Positions 1-12,496 of a DNA stretch of 64,000 bases are shown piece after piece (within the stretch, counting starts at the first letter, position 1; every line of letters begins with the position of its first letter). A program made the translations under genes and the position numbers. The notes beneath the pieces are model-generated. The model had not been told where the DNA came from and did no database searches. It worked only from the letters and a program-made list of their open reading frames with translations. The DNA is from Heptranchias perlo. Its lineage: Eukaryota. The stretch is from contig NW_027138407.1 of NCBI RefSeq assembly GCF_035084215.1, positions 806,001-870,000 of the forward strand, written 5' to 3'.

Positions 1-267
1 ATGCGCCAGCCTGTTTAGTCTTTCCTGGTATCATCCTTGTAAACAGGAATTTATAGTGGGAAAAATAACAATAGCGACAGAATGTAAGGACTGAATTACC
101 CCCGCGCATCCTGATACTGTATCATCCGGCTTCTAACCTCACTTGATCTGAACACTAACGTGATCTCGACTTGGGAGATCAATAAATGCTGCTTTAATTG
201 CTGTGCATTTGGCAACTTTCAGCAAGCTCCAGTCTCAGAAATGCAGCGTTTTGGGACTTTATCAACC

Positions 268-703
268 GTGGCTCGGTGGGTAGCACTCTTGCTTCGGGGT
301 CAGACGATTGTAGGTTCAGCTCTTACTCCAGGAACTTCAGCACAAAATTTAACCTGCCAGTACTGAGGGAGTGGTGCTCTCTTTGGGGTGAGGTATTAAC
401 ACGAGGGCCTAGCAGCCCCCTCAGGTGAACGTGAAAAACCCTGTGGCACTATTTGAAGAGGAGCAGGGGAGTTCTCCCCGGTGTCCTGGCCTATATTTAT
501 CCTTCAACCAACATCCAAAAACAGATGGTCTGGTCATTATCACGTTGCTTTTTTTGTGGGACCTTGCTGTGCGCAATTTGGCTGCCGCGTTTCCTACATT
601 ACAAGAGTGACCACACTTCAAACGTTCTCCATTGAATATAAAGCGCTTTGGGACGACCTGTGGTCGTGAAAGGCGCTATATAAATGCAAGTCTTTCTCTC
701 TTT
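268..703 (+). mobile_element. tRNA-derived Deu-domain SINE (SacSINE1/AmnSINE1-like) with L2-type 3' tail
   Basis: tRNA-like head GGCTCGGTGGGTAGCACTCT, central GGCACTATTTGAAGAGGAGCAGGGGAGTTCTCCCCGGTGTCCTGG core, tail GGCGCTATATAAATGCAAGTCTTTCT; second copy at ~6060. Confidence 0.75.
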
Positions 704-1239
704 TTGGAAAATATTTGATAAACAGTGAAGAGTGTTGTTGTAAGAAATCCCCGCTTTCAAATCCACTATTGAACAATGCTACAAATGCTTTTACTGAATC
801 CATAATGAATAACTAAATGCACATTGTACTTCGAGACTGAATGACCCGGAGAAGCAACATGTGTTCATTTGATCAGCTTGCTCGAAATAACTTGCATTGT
901 AACATTGGGCTTACGTGCATCGGCAAATGTCCCAGTGGCGCGCTGTTCTTTTCCTGAATTCTGATTGGTTAGGTCACTCAGCGGTCGCGGCCGTTCCGTT
1001 TCCTGTGCGAAACCACTATCTCTGGTTTTTAATTGTGATTGGCCATATCACAGGAAGGTGTCAGAAATGCTGCATCGTGTGTCAAAAGACCGTTCTGTCC
1101 ATTCCATATTTGTTTATAAAGCTTGCTACAGGGAATTTGAGTGTGAGAGTTGAGAGCGAACCCAGAAATGCTGCATATAATAATATAGAAATGATGACGA
1201 CAAGAATATGATGGTGACGGTGAAGAAGAAATTGACAAT

Positions 1240-1685
1240 TCATAGAATGATAAAATGGTTACAGCACAGCAGGAGGCCATTCGGTCCGTCGAGCTCTCTG
1301 CAAGAACAATCCAGCTAGTCCCACTCCCCCGCCCTTGCCCCCTACCGCTGCAACATTTTTCCCTTCAAATACTTATCCAATTCCCTTTTCAAAGCCACAA
1401 TTGAATCTGCCTCCGCCAACCTTTCAGGCAGTGCAGTCCAGATCATAACTGCTCGCTGCGTCAAAAAGTTTTTCCTCATGTCGCCTTTGATTCCTTTGCC
1501 AATTACCTTAAAGCAATCTCCTTTTGTTCTCGACCCTTCTGCCAATGGGAACAGTTTCTCCCTATCGACTCTGTCTTGAACCCTCGTGATTTTGAACACC
1601 TCTATCAAATCTCCTCTCAACCTTCTCTGCACTAAGGAGAACAACCCCAGTTTCTCCACTCTAGCTGCATAACTGAAGTCCCTGC
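1240..1685 (-). mobile_element. CR1 LINE 3' fragment
   Basis: ORF 1342..1659 (EKLGLFSL..RRLRGDLIEVFKI) is the CR1 ORF2 C-terminus; followed by the 3' UTR. Confidence 0.85.
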
Positions 1686-1819
1686 TTCATCTTACTCTCT
1701 ATCTCTTTCATCAACCAGGGAGCTCTGGCTTTGTTTGCCGTTTGTTTCCCGAATCAACTCCTCTTTAAAGGCTGCCCATTGTTCGATTACAATTTTGCCT
1801 GCCAATCTTTGATTCCAAT

Positions 1820-2197
1820 CTCATTGAAACATATAAAATTCTGACAGGGCGAGATAGACTGGATGCAGGGAAGATGTTTTCGCAGGCTGAGAGGTCCAGA
1901 ACGAGGGATTACAGCCTCAGGATACGGGGTAGGACATTTGGGACTGAGATGAGGAGATATTTCTTCACTCAGGGGGTCGAGAACCTGTGGAATTATCTAC
2001 ACAGAGGCTGTGGAGGCCAAGTGACTGAAAAATTTAAGAAGGAGCTAGATAGATTTCTAGACACAAAAGGCATCAAGGGGTATGGGGAGAGAGCGGGAAT
2101 AAGGTATTGAGATAGAGGATCAGCCGTGAACATATTGAATGGCGGAGCAGGCTCGAAGGGACGAATGCCCTACTCCTGCTCCTATTTTCTATGTTTC
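1820..2197 (+). mobile_element. CR1 LINE 3' fragment
   Basis: RTRDYSLRIRG..EMRRYFFTQ C-terminal motif and TTCTATGTTTCT tail. Confidence 0.8.
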
Positions 2198-2312
2198 TAA
2201 TTTACCCAGGCCAGATCTGTTCTCAACCTACTGAAATTGGCCCTCCTCCAATTAAGCATTTTTACTCTAGAGTGTTGTTTGTCCTTTTCCATAGCTGATA
2301 TAAAACTTATGA

Positions 2313-3107
2313 TGCTTTGATCAGTTGGGGGAGGGTGGTAGGTAGTAATCAGCCGGAAGTTTCCTTTCCCATGTTTGACCTGATGCCATGAGATTTCATG
2401 GGGTCCAGAGTCAATGTTGAGCACTCCCAAGGCCACTCCCTCCTGACTGTATATTACCGTACCGCCACCTCTGGTGGGTCTGTCCTGCCGGTGGGACAGG
2501 ACATACCCAGGGATGGTGATGGAAGAGTCTGGGACGTTGGCTGAAAAGTATGATTCTGTGAGTATGGCTATGTCAGGCTGTTGCTTGACTAGTCTGTGGG
2601 GCAGCTCTCCTAATTTTGGCACAAGTCCCCAGATGTTAGTGAGGAGGACTTTGCAGGGTCGACTGGGCTTGGTTTGCCTTTGTTGTGTCCGGTGCCTAGT
2701 GGTCCGATGCCGGGTGGTCCGCCCGGTTTTATTATTATTATGACTTTTTTTTTAGCGAGATTTTATAACTGAGTGACTTGCTAGGCCATTTCAGAGGGCA
2801 ATTTAGAATCAACCACTTTGCTGTGGGTCTGGATTCACATATAGGCCAGACTGGGTAAGGACGGAAGGTTTCCTTTCCCTAAAGGACATTAGTGAACCAG
2901 ATGGGTTTTTACGACAATCCGATAGTTTCATGGCCACCATTACTGATACTAATATTTTAATTCCGGATTTATTTAATTCATTGAATTTAATTAATTGAAT
3001 TTAAATTCCCAAGCTGCCGTGGCGGGATTTAAACTCATGACTCCGGATTATTAGTCCAGACCTCTGGATTACTAGTCCGGTTACATAACCACTCTGCTAC
3101 TGTACCC
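2313..3107 (-). mobile_element. Inverted 5' part of a non-LTR retrotransposon: tRNA-like 5' head plus N-terminal APE endonuclease
   Basis: ORF 2197..2622 PDIAILTES..IPGY..RQDR..GGG is an APE endonuclease N-terminus; A-box TAGCAGAGTGG and B-box-like GAGTTTAAATCCC at ~3025-3100 on the minus strand. Confidence 0.8.
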
Positions 3108-3115
3108 TGTAACGT

Positions 3116-4998
3116 CCTGCTGATTACCACCTACTGCCCTCCCTCAGCTGATGAATCAGTCCTCCTCCATATTGAACACCACTTGGAGGAAGCACTGAGG
3201 GTAGCAAGGGCACAGAATGTACTCTGGGTGGGGGACTTGAATGTCCATCACCAAGAGTGGCTCGGTAGCACCACTACTGACAAAGCTGGCGGAGTCCTGA
3301 AGGACATAGCTGCCAGACTGGGCCTGCGGCGGGTGGTGAGCGAACCAACACGAGAGAAAAACTTACTTGACCTCGTCCTCACCAATCTACCTGTCGCAAA
3401 TGCATCTGTCCATGACAGTATTGGTAGGCGTGACCACCGCACAGTCCTCGTGGAGATGAAGTCCCGTCTTTGCACTGAGGGTACCATCCAACGTGTTGTG
3501 TGGCATTACCACCGTGCGAAATGGGATAGGTTCAGAACAGATCTAGCAGCTCAAAACTGGGCATCCATGAGACGCTGTGTGCCATCAGCAGCAGCAGAAT
3601 TGTATTCCAGCACAATCTATAGCCTCATGGCCTGGCATATTCCTTACTCTACCTTTACCAACAAGCCAGGGGATCAATCCGGGTTCAATGAGGAATGTAG
3701 AAAAGCATGCCAGGAGCAGCACCAGGCGTAGCTAAAAATGAGGTGCCAAACTGGTGAAGCTACAACTCAGGACTACATGCATGCTAAACAGCAGAATCAA
3801 CATGCTATAGACAGAGCTAAGCGATTCCATAACCAACGGATCAGATCAAAGCTCTGCAGTCCTGCCACATCCAGTCGTGAATGGTGGTGGACAATTAAAC
3901 AACTAACGGGAGGAGGAGGCTCTGCAAACAACCCCACCCTCAATGATGGCGGAGTCCAGCACGTGAGTGCAAAAGATAAGGCTGAAGCGTTTGCAACCAT
4001 CTTCAGCCAGAAGTGCCGAGTGGATGATCCATCTCGGCCTCCTCCCGATATCCCCACCATCACAGAAGCCAGTCTTCAGCCAATTCGATTGACTCCATGT
4101 GATATCAAGAAACGGCTGAGTGCACTGGATACAGCAAAGGCTATGGGCCCCGACAACATCCCGGCTGTAGTGCTGAAGTCTTGTGCTCCAGAATTAGCTG
4201 CGCCTCCTGCCAAGCTGTTCCAGTACAGCTACAACACTGGCATCTACCCGACAATGTGGAAAATTGCCCAGATATGTCCTGTCCACAAAAAGCAGGACAA
4301 ATCCAATCCGGCCAATTACTGCCCCATCAGCCTACTCTCAATCATCAGCAAAGTGATGGAAGGTGTTGTCGACAGTGCTATCAAGCGGCACTTACTCACC
4401 AATAACCTGCTCACAGATGCTCAGTTTGGGTTCCGCCAGGACCATTCGGCTCCAGACCTCATTACAGCCTTGGACCAAACATTGACAAAAGAGCTGAATT
4501 CCAGAGGTGAGGTGAGAGTGACTGCCCTTGACATCAAGGCAGCATTTGACCAAGTGTGACTCCAAGGAGCCCGAGTAAAATTGAAGTCAATGGGAATCAG
4601 GGGGAAAACTATCCAGTGGCTGGAGGCATACCTCGCACAAAGGAAGATGGTAGTGGTTGTTGGAGGCCAATCATCTCAGCCCCAGAACATTGCTGCAGGA
4701 GTTCCTCAGGGCAGTGTCCCAGGCCCAACCATCTTCAGCTGCTTCATCAATGAACTTCCCTCCATCATAAGGTCAGAAATGGGGATGTTCGTTGATGATT
4801 GCACAGTGTGTTCAGTTCCGTTCGCAACCCCTCAAATAATGAAGCATTCCGAGCCCGCATGCAGCAAGACCTGGACAACATCCAGGCTTGGGCTCATAAG
4901 TGGCAAGTAACATTCGCGCCAGATAAGTGCCAGGCAATGACCGTCTCCAACAAGAGAGAGTCTAACCACCTCCCCTTGACATTCAACGGCATTACCAA
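3116..4998 (+). mobile_element. Non-LTR retrotransposon ORF2 (endonuclease C-half plus reverse transcriptase), degenerate
   Basis: ORFs 3183..3731 (GDLN, LDL, DH), 3738..4559 (GPDNIP, QFGFR, LDIKAAFD) and 4581..4910 (GVPQGSV, FVDD); stops and frameshifts between them. Confidence 0.9.
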
Positions 4999-5039
4999 AT
5001 TCCTCCTCCCCACCCCCCGCCCCCCCACCCCCCACCCCG

Positions 5040-5825
5040 TGCAGCATAGCCGACCGTGGTGCCGTCGACTTGGATCTGGCTGTATTACCCAGAGGAACCA
5101 CCGCTTTTCACCCCAATACTGTTTGGAGAGTGAGATGCACTCAGGGGACTCCTTCACTACCTGCCTGGTCGTCCTTGTCTGTCTGGCGGCCACCCAGTCC
5201 CTCTCTGTCTGCACTCTCTCAAGCTGCGGGGTGACCACCTCGTGAAACGTGTTATCCACGTAGCTCTCAGCCTCGCGGATGGACTGCAGTGATGCCAGCT
5301 ATTGCTCAAGCTACAAAACCCAGAGTTCGAGCTCCATCTCGCTGACGACAATTCCTGCACCTGTGGTTGTCCAGGACACGGGAAGCATCCTGGAGTTCCC
5401 ACATGGCACAAAGTGCGTATTCCACGTGACTGAGGTGCCCTGCCATGCCTCTATTTATTAGAATACTAACTCAACTTAACAGAAATAAACTAAAGACTTT
5501 AAATTAAAAACAAACTCACCAGCTATTCACCAATCTGTTCCTCCCATTGTTATGACGTCACTTTAGGTTTTATCTACCTCCCTGCCTGACTCCAGCCAAT
5601 CACAGCCAATGTCCTGTGATCCGCTGCTCCAGATGAGTTTAGGCTCTGGAGCCTCGACCTATATTTGCTTCCCTCTGCCGCTCAGGTTCCCCATTAGGCC
5701 CGCTCCCGCCACCGATGCGGCTCCAGATGAGTTTAGGCCGTCGTGCCTCGACCTTTATTTGCTTCCCTCTGCCGCTCAGGTTCTCCACTAGGTCCGCTCC
5801 CACCGCTTCCGCTGCTCCAAGGACC
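5040..5825 (-). mobile_element. CR1 LINE 5' end (ORF1 fragment plus 5' UTR with a ~96-bp direct repeat)
   Basis: Coiled-coil ORF1-like peptide (DNTFHEVVTPQLERVQ..W) on the minus strand; GCTCCAGATGAGTTTAGG..CTGCCGCTCAGGTT duplicated at ~5625 and ~5720. Confidence 0.6.
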
Positions 5826-6059
5826 ACGACAAATAAAGACAAAGAAGACAGTGAAGAGGAAAATGATGAAGAGGAGAAGAAATCAGAAGGTGGCGTTCAC
5901 GATGAAGAATAATTAAAATTCTTAAAGCCTTTACTCGCTTCTGCGTCAAGAGGCTTTTTTTGGATTCCCATCTACTTGGAACCATTTCGTTTTGGAGCTG
6001 AAAGTGTTGTATTTCATCACTCCGCCTATGAACATCACCCTCCACGCTTCAGGTCTCAA

Positions 6060-6492
6060 CTGCGGTTCAATGGGTAGCACTCTGGCCTGTGAGTCATAAG
6101 GTCGTTGTTTCCAGTCCACTCCAGAGACTTGAGCACATAATACAGGCTGAGAGTGCTGTACTGTCAGAGGTGCCGTCTTTCGGATGAGACGTTAAATCGA
6201 GGCCCTGTCGGCCCTCTCAGGTGGATGTAAAAGATCCCATGGCCACTATTCGAAGAAGATCAGGGCAATTATCCCCGGTGCCAATATTTATCCTTCAATC
6301 AGCATCACGAACAGATGACGTGGTCATAAGCACATTTCAGTTTGAGGGATCTAGCTGTCGCTAATTTGGCTGCCGCGTTTCCCCTCTTTACAACAGTATC
6401 TACACCTCTAAAGTACTTCATTTGCAGTAAAGCGCTTTGGGACGTTCTGAGGTGGTAAAAGGCGCCATATTAATGCAAGTTCTTTCTTTCTT
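6060..6492 (+). mobile_element. Deu-domain SINE (same family as 268-703)
   Basis: GATGAGACGTTAAATCGAGG..AAAGATCCCATGGC core and the same L2-type tail. Confidence 0.75.
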
Positions 6493-6764
6493 TCAATTAG
6501 TTGTCAATCAGCAAGTTGTCCAGCAACACGGTTTACTATAATGCGAATATATATTACAGTGAAGAGCAAGGTTTGATTAAATCATAATTAATGCATGATA
6601 TAGGAAACTGGGTGTTCCTTTCCAAAAACAATGAATTCAGCCGTTAAGCGTGTACTGCTAAAAAACACGTACCAATGCCAAAGGTGGATATTTGTTCCAT
6701 TAACTAACAACTAACAAGGATTCATAAACATATTTAGCAGACCGTCCTTTTAGAAAGGGATCAC

Positions 6765-7385
6765 TCGCAGGGAAGACCAGAACAAGGGGTCATAAATATA
6801 AGATAGTCACTAATAAATCCAATAAGGATTTCAGGAGCAACTTCTTTACTCGGAGAGTGGTGAGAATGAGGAACTCGCTACCACATGGAGTGTTTGAGGC
6901 GTATAGCATAGATGCATTTAAGGAGAAGCTAGATAAGTACATGACCCCAGGGGGTCACAGTCTCAGGATACCGGGTATGCCATTTAGAACCGAGATGAGG
7001 AGAAATTTCTTCACTCAGAGGATGGTGAACCTGTGGAATTCTCTACCACAGAAGGCAGTGGAGGCCAAGTCATTAGATGTATTCAAGAAGGAGATAGATA
7101 TATTTCTTAATACCAAAGGGATCAAGGGATATGGGGAAAAAGCGGGAACAGGATACTGAGTTAGATGATCAGCCATGATCATTTTGAATGGTGGAGCAAG
7201 CCCGAAGGGCCGAATGGCCTACTCATGCTCCTATTTTCTATGTTTCTATGTTTCTATGAGGGAGAAAGGGATAAAAGATTATGTTAGGGTGAGATGAAGT
7301 AAGGTGCGGAGGAGGCTCATATGGAGCATAAATATCGGCATAGTCCTGTTGGATCGAATGTTGTTTCTATGCTGTAAAGTTTATG
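6765..7385 (+). mobile_element. Nested CR1 3' fragments
   Basis: ORF 6857..7159 contains two CR1 C-terminal segments; (TTTCTATG)n tail. Confidence 0.75.
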
Positions 7386-7795
7386 TACGTTAATGTAATC
7401 TTCTACAGTTGTATGGGTCGAGGCTCAGAAATGAATAAAACCCGCTTGAGCGAAGTATGGAGAGGATAGCAGCGCCGGTTCTACCACCGCGAGAGGGTGA
7501 AGTTAAAACTGAAGCCGTGTGTCACTGAACCCATTTTTCTAGCCATGGCTTTTCATGCGTATTTGCACAAGATAACTGAATACTAATAATCTAAGGAGAC
7601 ATCGCGCTTGAAATCGGAAATTCATGCTCTCCCTTTTCTGCTACTTATGATATGTCAGTGTGTGCCAATCGAAAGTACAATTTCTTATTATGGAGGAGAG
7701 ATTGAGTAAACGGGCCGATATCCTCTGGAGTTTCGTAGAATGCGAGGTGATCTCATTGACAGGGTAGATGCTGTTTTCCCCTGGCTGGAGAGTCT

Positions 7796-9840
7796 AGAAC
7801 ATAAGAACATAAGAACATAAGAAATTGGAGCAGGAGTAGGCCAATCGGCCCCTCGAGCCTGCTCCGCCATTCAATAAGATCATGGCTGATCTGATCCCAA
7901 CCACAAATCTAAAGAACACAAGAAGTTGGAGCAGGACCCGGCCACATAGCCCCTGGGCCCTCTCCGCCACCCACAGGGCATTGACCGATCCGAACTCAGC
8001 TTCATGTCCAATTTCCTGCCCGCTCCCCATAACCCCGAATTCCCTTTACTTCTAGGAAACTGTCTATTTCTGTTTTAAATTTATCTAATGATGTAGCTTC
8101 CACAGCTTCCTGGGGCAGCAAATTCCACAGACCTACCACCCTCTGAGTGAAGAAGTTTCTCCTCATCTCAGTTTTGAAAGAGCAGCCCCTTATTCTAAGA
8201 TTATGCCCCCTAGTTCTAGTTTCACCCATCTTTGGGAACATCCTTACTGCATCCACCCGATCAAGACCCTTCACAATCTTATATGTTTCAATAAGATCGC
8301 CTCTCATTCTTCTGAACTCCAATGAGTAGAGTCCCAATCTACTCAACCTCTCCTCATATGTCCGCCCCCTCATCCCCGGGATTAACCGAGTGAACCTTCT
8401 TTGTACTGCCTCGAGAGCAAGTATGTCTTTTCTTAAGTATGGAGACCAAAACTGTATGCAGTATTCCAGGTGCGGTCTCACCAATACCTTATATAACTGC
8501 AGCAATACCTCCTTGTTTTTATATTCTATCCCCCTAGCAATAAAAGCCAACATTCCGTTGGCTTTCTTGATCACCTGCTGCACCTGCATACCAACTTTTT
8601 GATTTTCTTGCACTAGGACCCCCAGATCCCTTTGTACTGCAGTACTTTCCAGTCTCTCGCCATTAAGAAAATAACTTGCTCTCTGATTTTTCCTGCCAAA
8701 GTGCATAACCTCACATTTTCCAATATTATATTGCATCTGCCAAATCTCCGCCCACTCACCCAGCCTGTCTATATCCCCTTGCAGGTTTTTTATGTCCTCC
8801 TCACTCTCTACTTTCCCTCCCATCTTTGTATCATCTGCAAATTTTGATATGTTGCACTCGGTCCCCTCCTCCAAATCGTTAATATAGATTGTAAAGAGTT
8901 GGGGACCCAGCACCGACCCCTGTGGAACACCATTGGTTACTGGTTGCCAGTCCGAAAATGAACCATTTATCCCAACTCTCTGCTTCCTGTTAGATAACCA
9001 ATCCTCCACCCATGCCAGAATATTACCCCCAATCCCGTGATTTTTTATCTTAAGTAATAATCTTTTATGTGGCACCTTGTCGAATGCCTTCTGGAAGTCT
9101 AAATACACTATGTCCACTGGTTCCCCTTTATCCACCCTATACGTTATATCCTCGAAGAACTCAAGCAAATTTGTCAGACATGACTTCCCCTTCATAAAGC
9201 CATGCTGACTTTGTCCTATTAAATTATGCTTATCTAAATGTTCCGTTACTGTCTCCTTAATAATAGACTCCAAAATTTTACCCACCACAGATGTTAAGCT
9301 AACTGGCCTATAATTTCCAGCCTTCTGCCTACTACCCTTTTTAAATAACGGTGTTACATTAGCAGTTTTCCAATCTGCCGGGACCTCTCCTGAGTCCAGG
9401 GAATTTTGGAAAACTATCACCAAAGCATCCACAATCCCTACTGCCACTTCCCTCAAGACCCTAGGATGGAAGCCATCAGGTCCAGGGGATTTATCCGCCT
9501 TGAGTCCCATTATTTTACTGAGTACCATCTCCTGAGTGATTTTAATCGTATTTAGCTCCTCCCCCCCGAGAGTCCCCTGTTTGTCCAGTGTTGGGATATT
9601 CTTAGTGTCCTCTACTGTAAAGACTGAAACAAAATATTTGTTCAGCATTTTTGCCATCTCCATGTTTCCCACCATTAATTTCCCGGTCTCATCCTCTAAG
9701 GGACCTATGTTTGCCTTAGCCACCCTTTTTCTTTTTATATAACTATAGAAACTCTTGCTATCTGTTTTTATATTTTTTGCTAATTTCTTTTCATAATCTA
9801 ACTTCCCTTTCTTAATCAATCCTTTAGTTACTTTTTGCTG
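7796..9840 (-). mobile_element. Young 5'-truncated CR1 LINE with an uninterrupted reverse transcriptase ORF
   Basis: 605-aa ORF 8002..9819 with KSPGPDG, QHGF, YLDFQKAFD, GVPQGSVLGP and FADD; (AGAACATA)n tail at 7796; inserted into an older plus-strand CR1 fragment (7688-7795 / 9841-10127). Confidence 0.95.
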
Positions 9841-10769
9841 GATGAGGGATCGGCCATTTAGGACTTGGGATAAGGAGGTATTTCTTCACTCAGAAGGTTG
9901 TGAATCTTCGGAATTCTCTACCCCAGAGGCCCGTGGATGCTCAGCCGTTGAGTATATTCACAGCTGAAATCGGTAGATTTTTGACTCTAACGGAATCAAG
10001 GGATATGGGGATCAGGCTGGAAAGTGGAGTTCAGGTCGAAGATCAGCCATGATCTTATTGAATGGTGGAGCAGGCTCGAGGGGCCGTATGGCCTACTCCT
10101 GCTCCCATTTCTTATGTTCTTATGTTCTGCTGTTAATCTTAAACATGGTTGGACTGAAAATGTCATCACTACTAGTTTCCTTTCACAATGTAACTGGTCG
10201 GAAATAACGAATGCATTTCTAATTTATGTCAATAGTTCAATCGTTGTAGCGGTTAACTCAGCCACACAGATATAATCTTTCTGATTGATAATCTAACCCG
10301 AAAGGCGGCAACTACACACGTGGGGCGAACGTCTGCGCCAAATTGATTATCTAGGCTAATATTCCGACACGAGATTGAACCGATGCTGGATCGTTGCCGG
10401 CTATGCTCTGACGTTGAATGTACCAGCTGCCCGCCTGCTCCAGCCGTTCGGAAGGACACTCAAAGATCCAATGATAGGATCATAGCGCAATATTGCCTTA
10501 AGCAGCTGTGCCATCAAATATTAAGTACGTTTAAACTGTAAGCAAATGGTTTGGGGTGGGATGGGGAGTGTGTTATAGTGTGATACACACAAGGTAGCAC
10601 AATTGTGTGGGTCAGGCTGAATGGACCAGATGACCTGTTCCTGCCCGTCATTGTTCGTATCAGGCCATTACTATTTGTGGCATGTTACTGTCGCAGAGCC
10701 CATGAACCCAACAACAACAACCTGCATTTATACAGCACCTGCAGGTGGAAAAATGCTTCAAAACATGTG

Positions 10770-11182
10770 CTCGCTGACCTACATTGGCTCCTCGGTCCGG
10801 GAACGCCTCGATTTTAAAATTTTCATCCTTGTTTTCAAATCGCTCCACGGCCTCGAACCTCACCATCTCTGTAACCTCCTCCAGCCCGAGAACCCTCCGA
10901 GATCTCTGATCTCCTCCAATTCCGGCCCCTTGCGCATCCCCCACTACCTTCGCTCCACCACTGGAGGCCGTGCCTTCAGCCGCCCAGGCCCTAAGATCTG
11001 GGATTCCCTCCCTAAACCCGTCAGACTCCCTCTCTTCATTTAAGACGCTCCGCAATACCGACCTCTCAACTGTTCTAATATCTCCTTACGTGGCTCGGCG
11101 TTAAATTTCGTAATCGCTCCTGTGAAGCGACTCGGGACATCTTATTATGTTAAAGGCGCTATATAAATGCAAGTTGTTGTTG
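10770..11182 (+). mobile_element. L2-like LINE 3' fragment
   Basis: LHWL..RLDFKI..LVFKSLHGL..GGRAFS..P..W..LP peptide; tail GGCGCTATATAAATGCAAG(TTG)n. Confidence 0.8.
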
Positions 11183-11680
11183 TATCACCTCGTAAGGAAA
11201 CGTGCATAAATGACGTCGTATATTTTCCACATGGCGAAACCTGCAAATCAGATGACTGGCCAATTCAGCTGTGTTTTCTATCTGGTGTAAATAGTTGGCA
11301 AAAGCACCAGAGGGGGAGATGAAGAGAATTTATTTTAAGCAGCGAGTTGTGATGATCTGGAATTCACTGCCTGATGGGGCGGTGGAAGCAGATTCAATAA
11401 TCAGTTTCAAAAGGGAATTGGATAATTGGATAAATACTTGAAAACGAAAAATTTGCAGGCCTATGGGGATAGAGAATGGGATTAGGACCAATTGGATAGC
11501 TCTGTCAAAGAGCCGGCACAGGCACGATGGGCCGAATGACCTCCTTCTATGCAGTAGCATTCTATGATTTTATGAACTGCTGTCAACAGTGGATTTATTG
11601 GTGTTTGATAATGGCGGAAACTGCTGTATTTCCTCTTGTTCTATTTTTGTACAGGTCTGGGGCTGATCCGTCTCACTGTG

Positions 11681-12153
11681 ATTCCCGAGCGCAGTAATAA
11701 GTGGCGCTCTCTTTCATTGTCAATTTGCTGATATCCAAAGCAAAGATATTGTTTGGAATGTCTTTGGAAGCAGTAACTCGGTCAATAACCTCTGGATTGT
11801 AGTTCTTGTTGCTTTCTTCATAGTACCGAACTAGCCAATCCAGCCTATTCCCTGGAACTTGTCGGTACCAGTGCATGACATAGCTTCGCAGATCGAAGCC
11901 GCTGGTTATACAGGTTAGTCTCAGGGACTGTCCGGCACTCCTGGTCTCTGCCTCTGGTTGTCTTAACACAACATCCGACTAGACACCTATAAAAGTAAAG
12001 AAGCATTAATTATGGTGAAATGATTCCTGGCTCTGTAAAACCACCGAGAGGGACTAAAAGTGACAGAGAAACATTGGGACGCTTGGCGCAGAATAAGAGC
12101 TACTCACTCGATAGGAAACCAAGCAATAGACCGAGGGAAATTGCCGACATCAT
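11681..12153 (-). pseudogene. IgM-VH-like V segment (family A, copy 1) in the TCR alpha/delta array; nonsense codon in leader part 2
   Basis: Leader 12153-12108 MMSAISLGLLLGFLS, GT..AG intron, V exon 11986-11681 ([17 protein letters not shown]); in-frame TAG at 11981-11979 where the paralog has CAG; RSS CACAGTG (11680-11674), 23 bp, ACAAAAATA (11650-11642). Confidence 0.9.
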
Positions 12154-12267
12154 GCTTGTTGGCACTTGGCTACATTCGGCGCCCGTTCCTCCAGTCACTC
12201 ACTGGGCAAACCAGCTCCCGGATTGATGGATCCCGATTCTCAGTTACGGGGGTTTATGTAACCGGCA

Positions 12268-12378
12268 GAAGGGGGCGGGTTGGAAGACGCGACCTATTGG
12301 TTACATAGAACCCACGTCCACTGGAAGCACGTGACGTCATCCACCTAAACACAAACTGCGCGTTCACAATTGGTCATT
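12268..12378 (-). promoter_or_regulatory. V promoter of family A copy 1: GC box, CCAAT boxes, E-box/CRE
   Basis: GGGGCGGG near 12271, ATTGG near 12296 and 12370, CACGTGACGTCA at 12328-12339; nearly identical at ~17635-17742. Confidence 0.65.
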
Positions 12379-12496
12379 ATTAAAGTAGGCCAGTTGAACA
12401 TTATTCCTTAAGATTTAATCGTTAACAGAGGGTTGAGCGCAAAAATGTTATTCATAATTTTATGTTGACATTGCCCCTGGGAACATATTGATTAAG

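Noticed and set aside
3020-3107. tRNA gene
   Set aside because: The A and B boxes belong to a retroelement head that recurs at 24.3 kb
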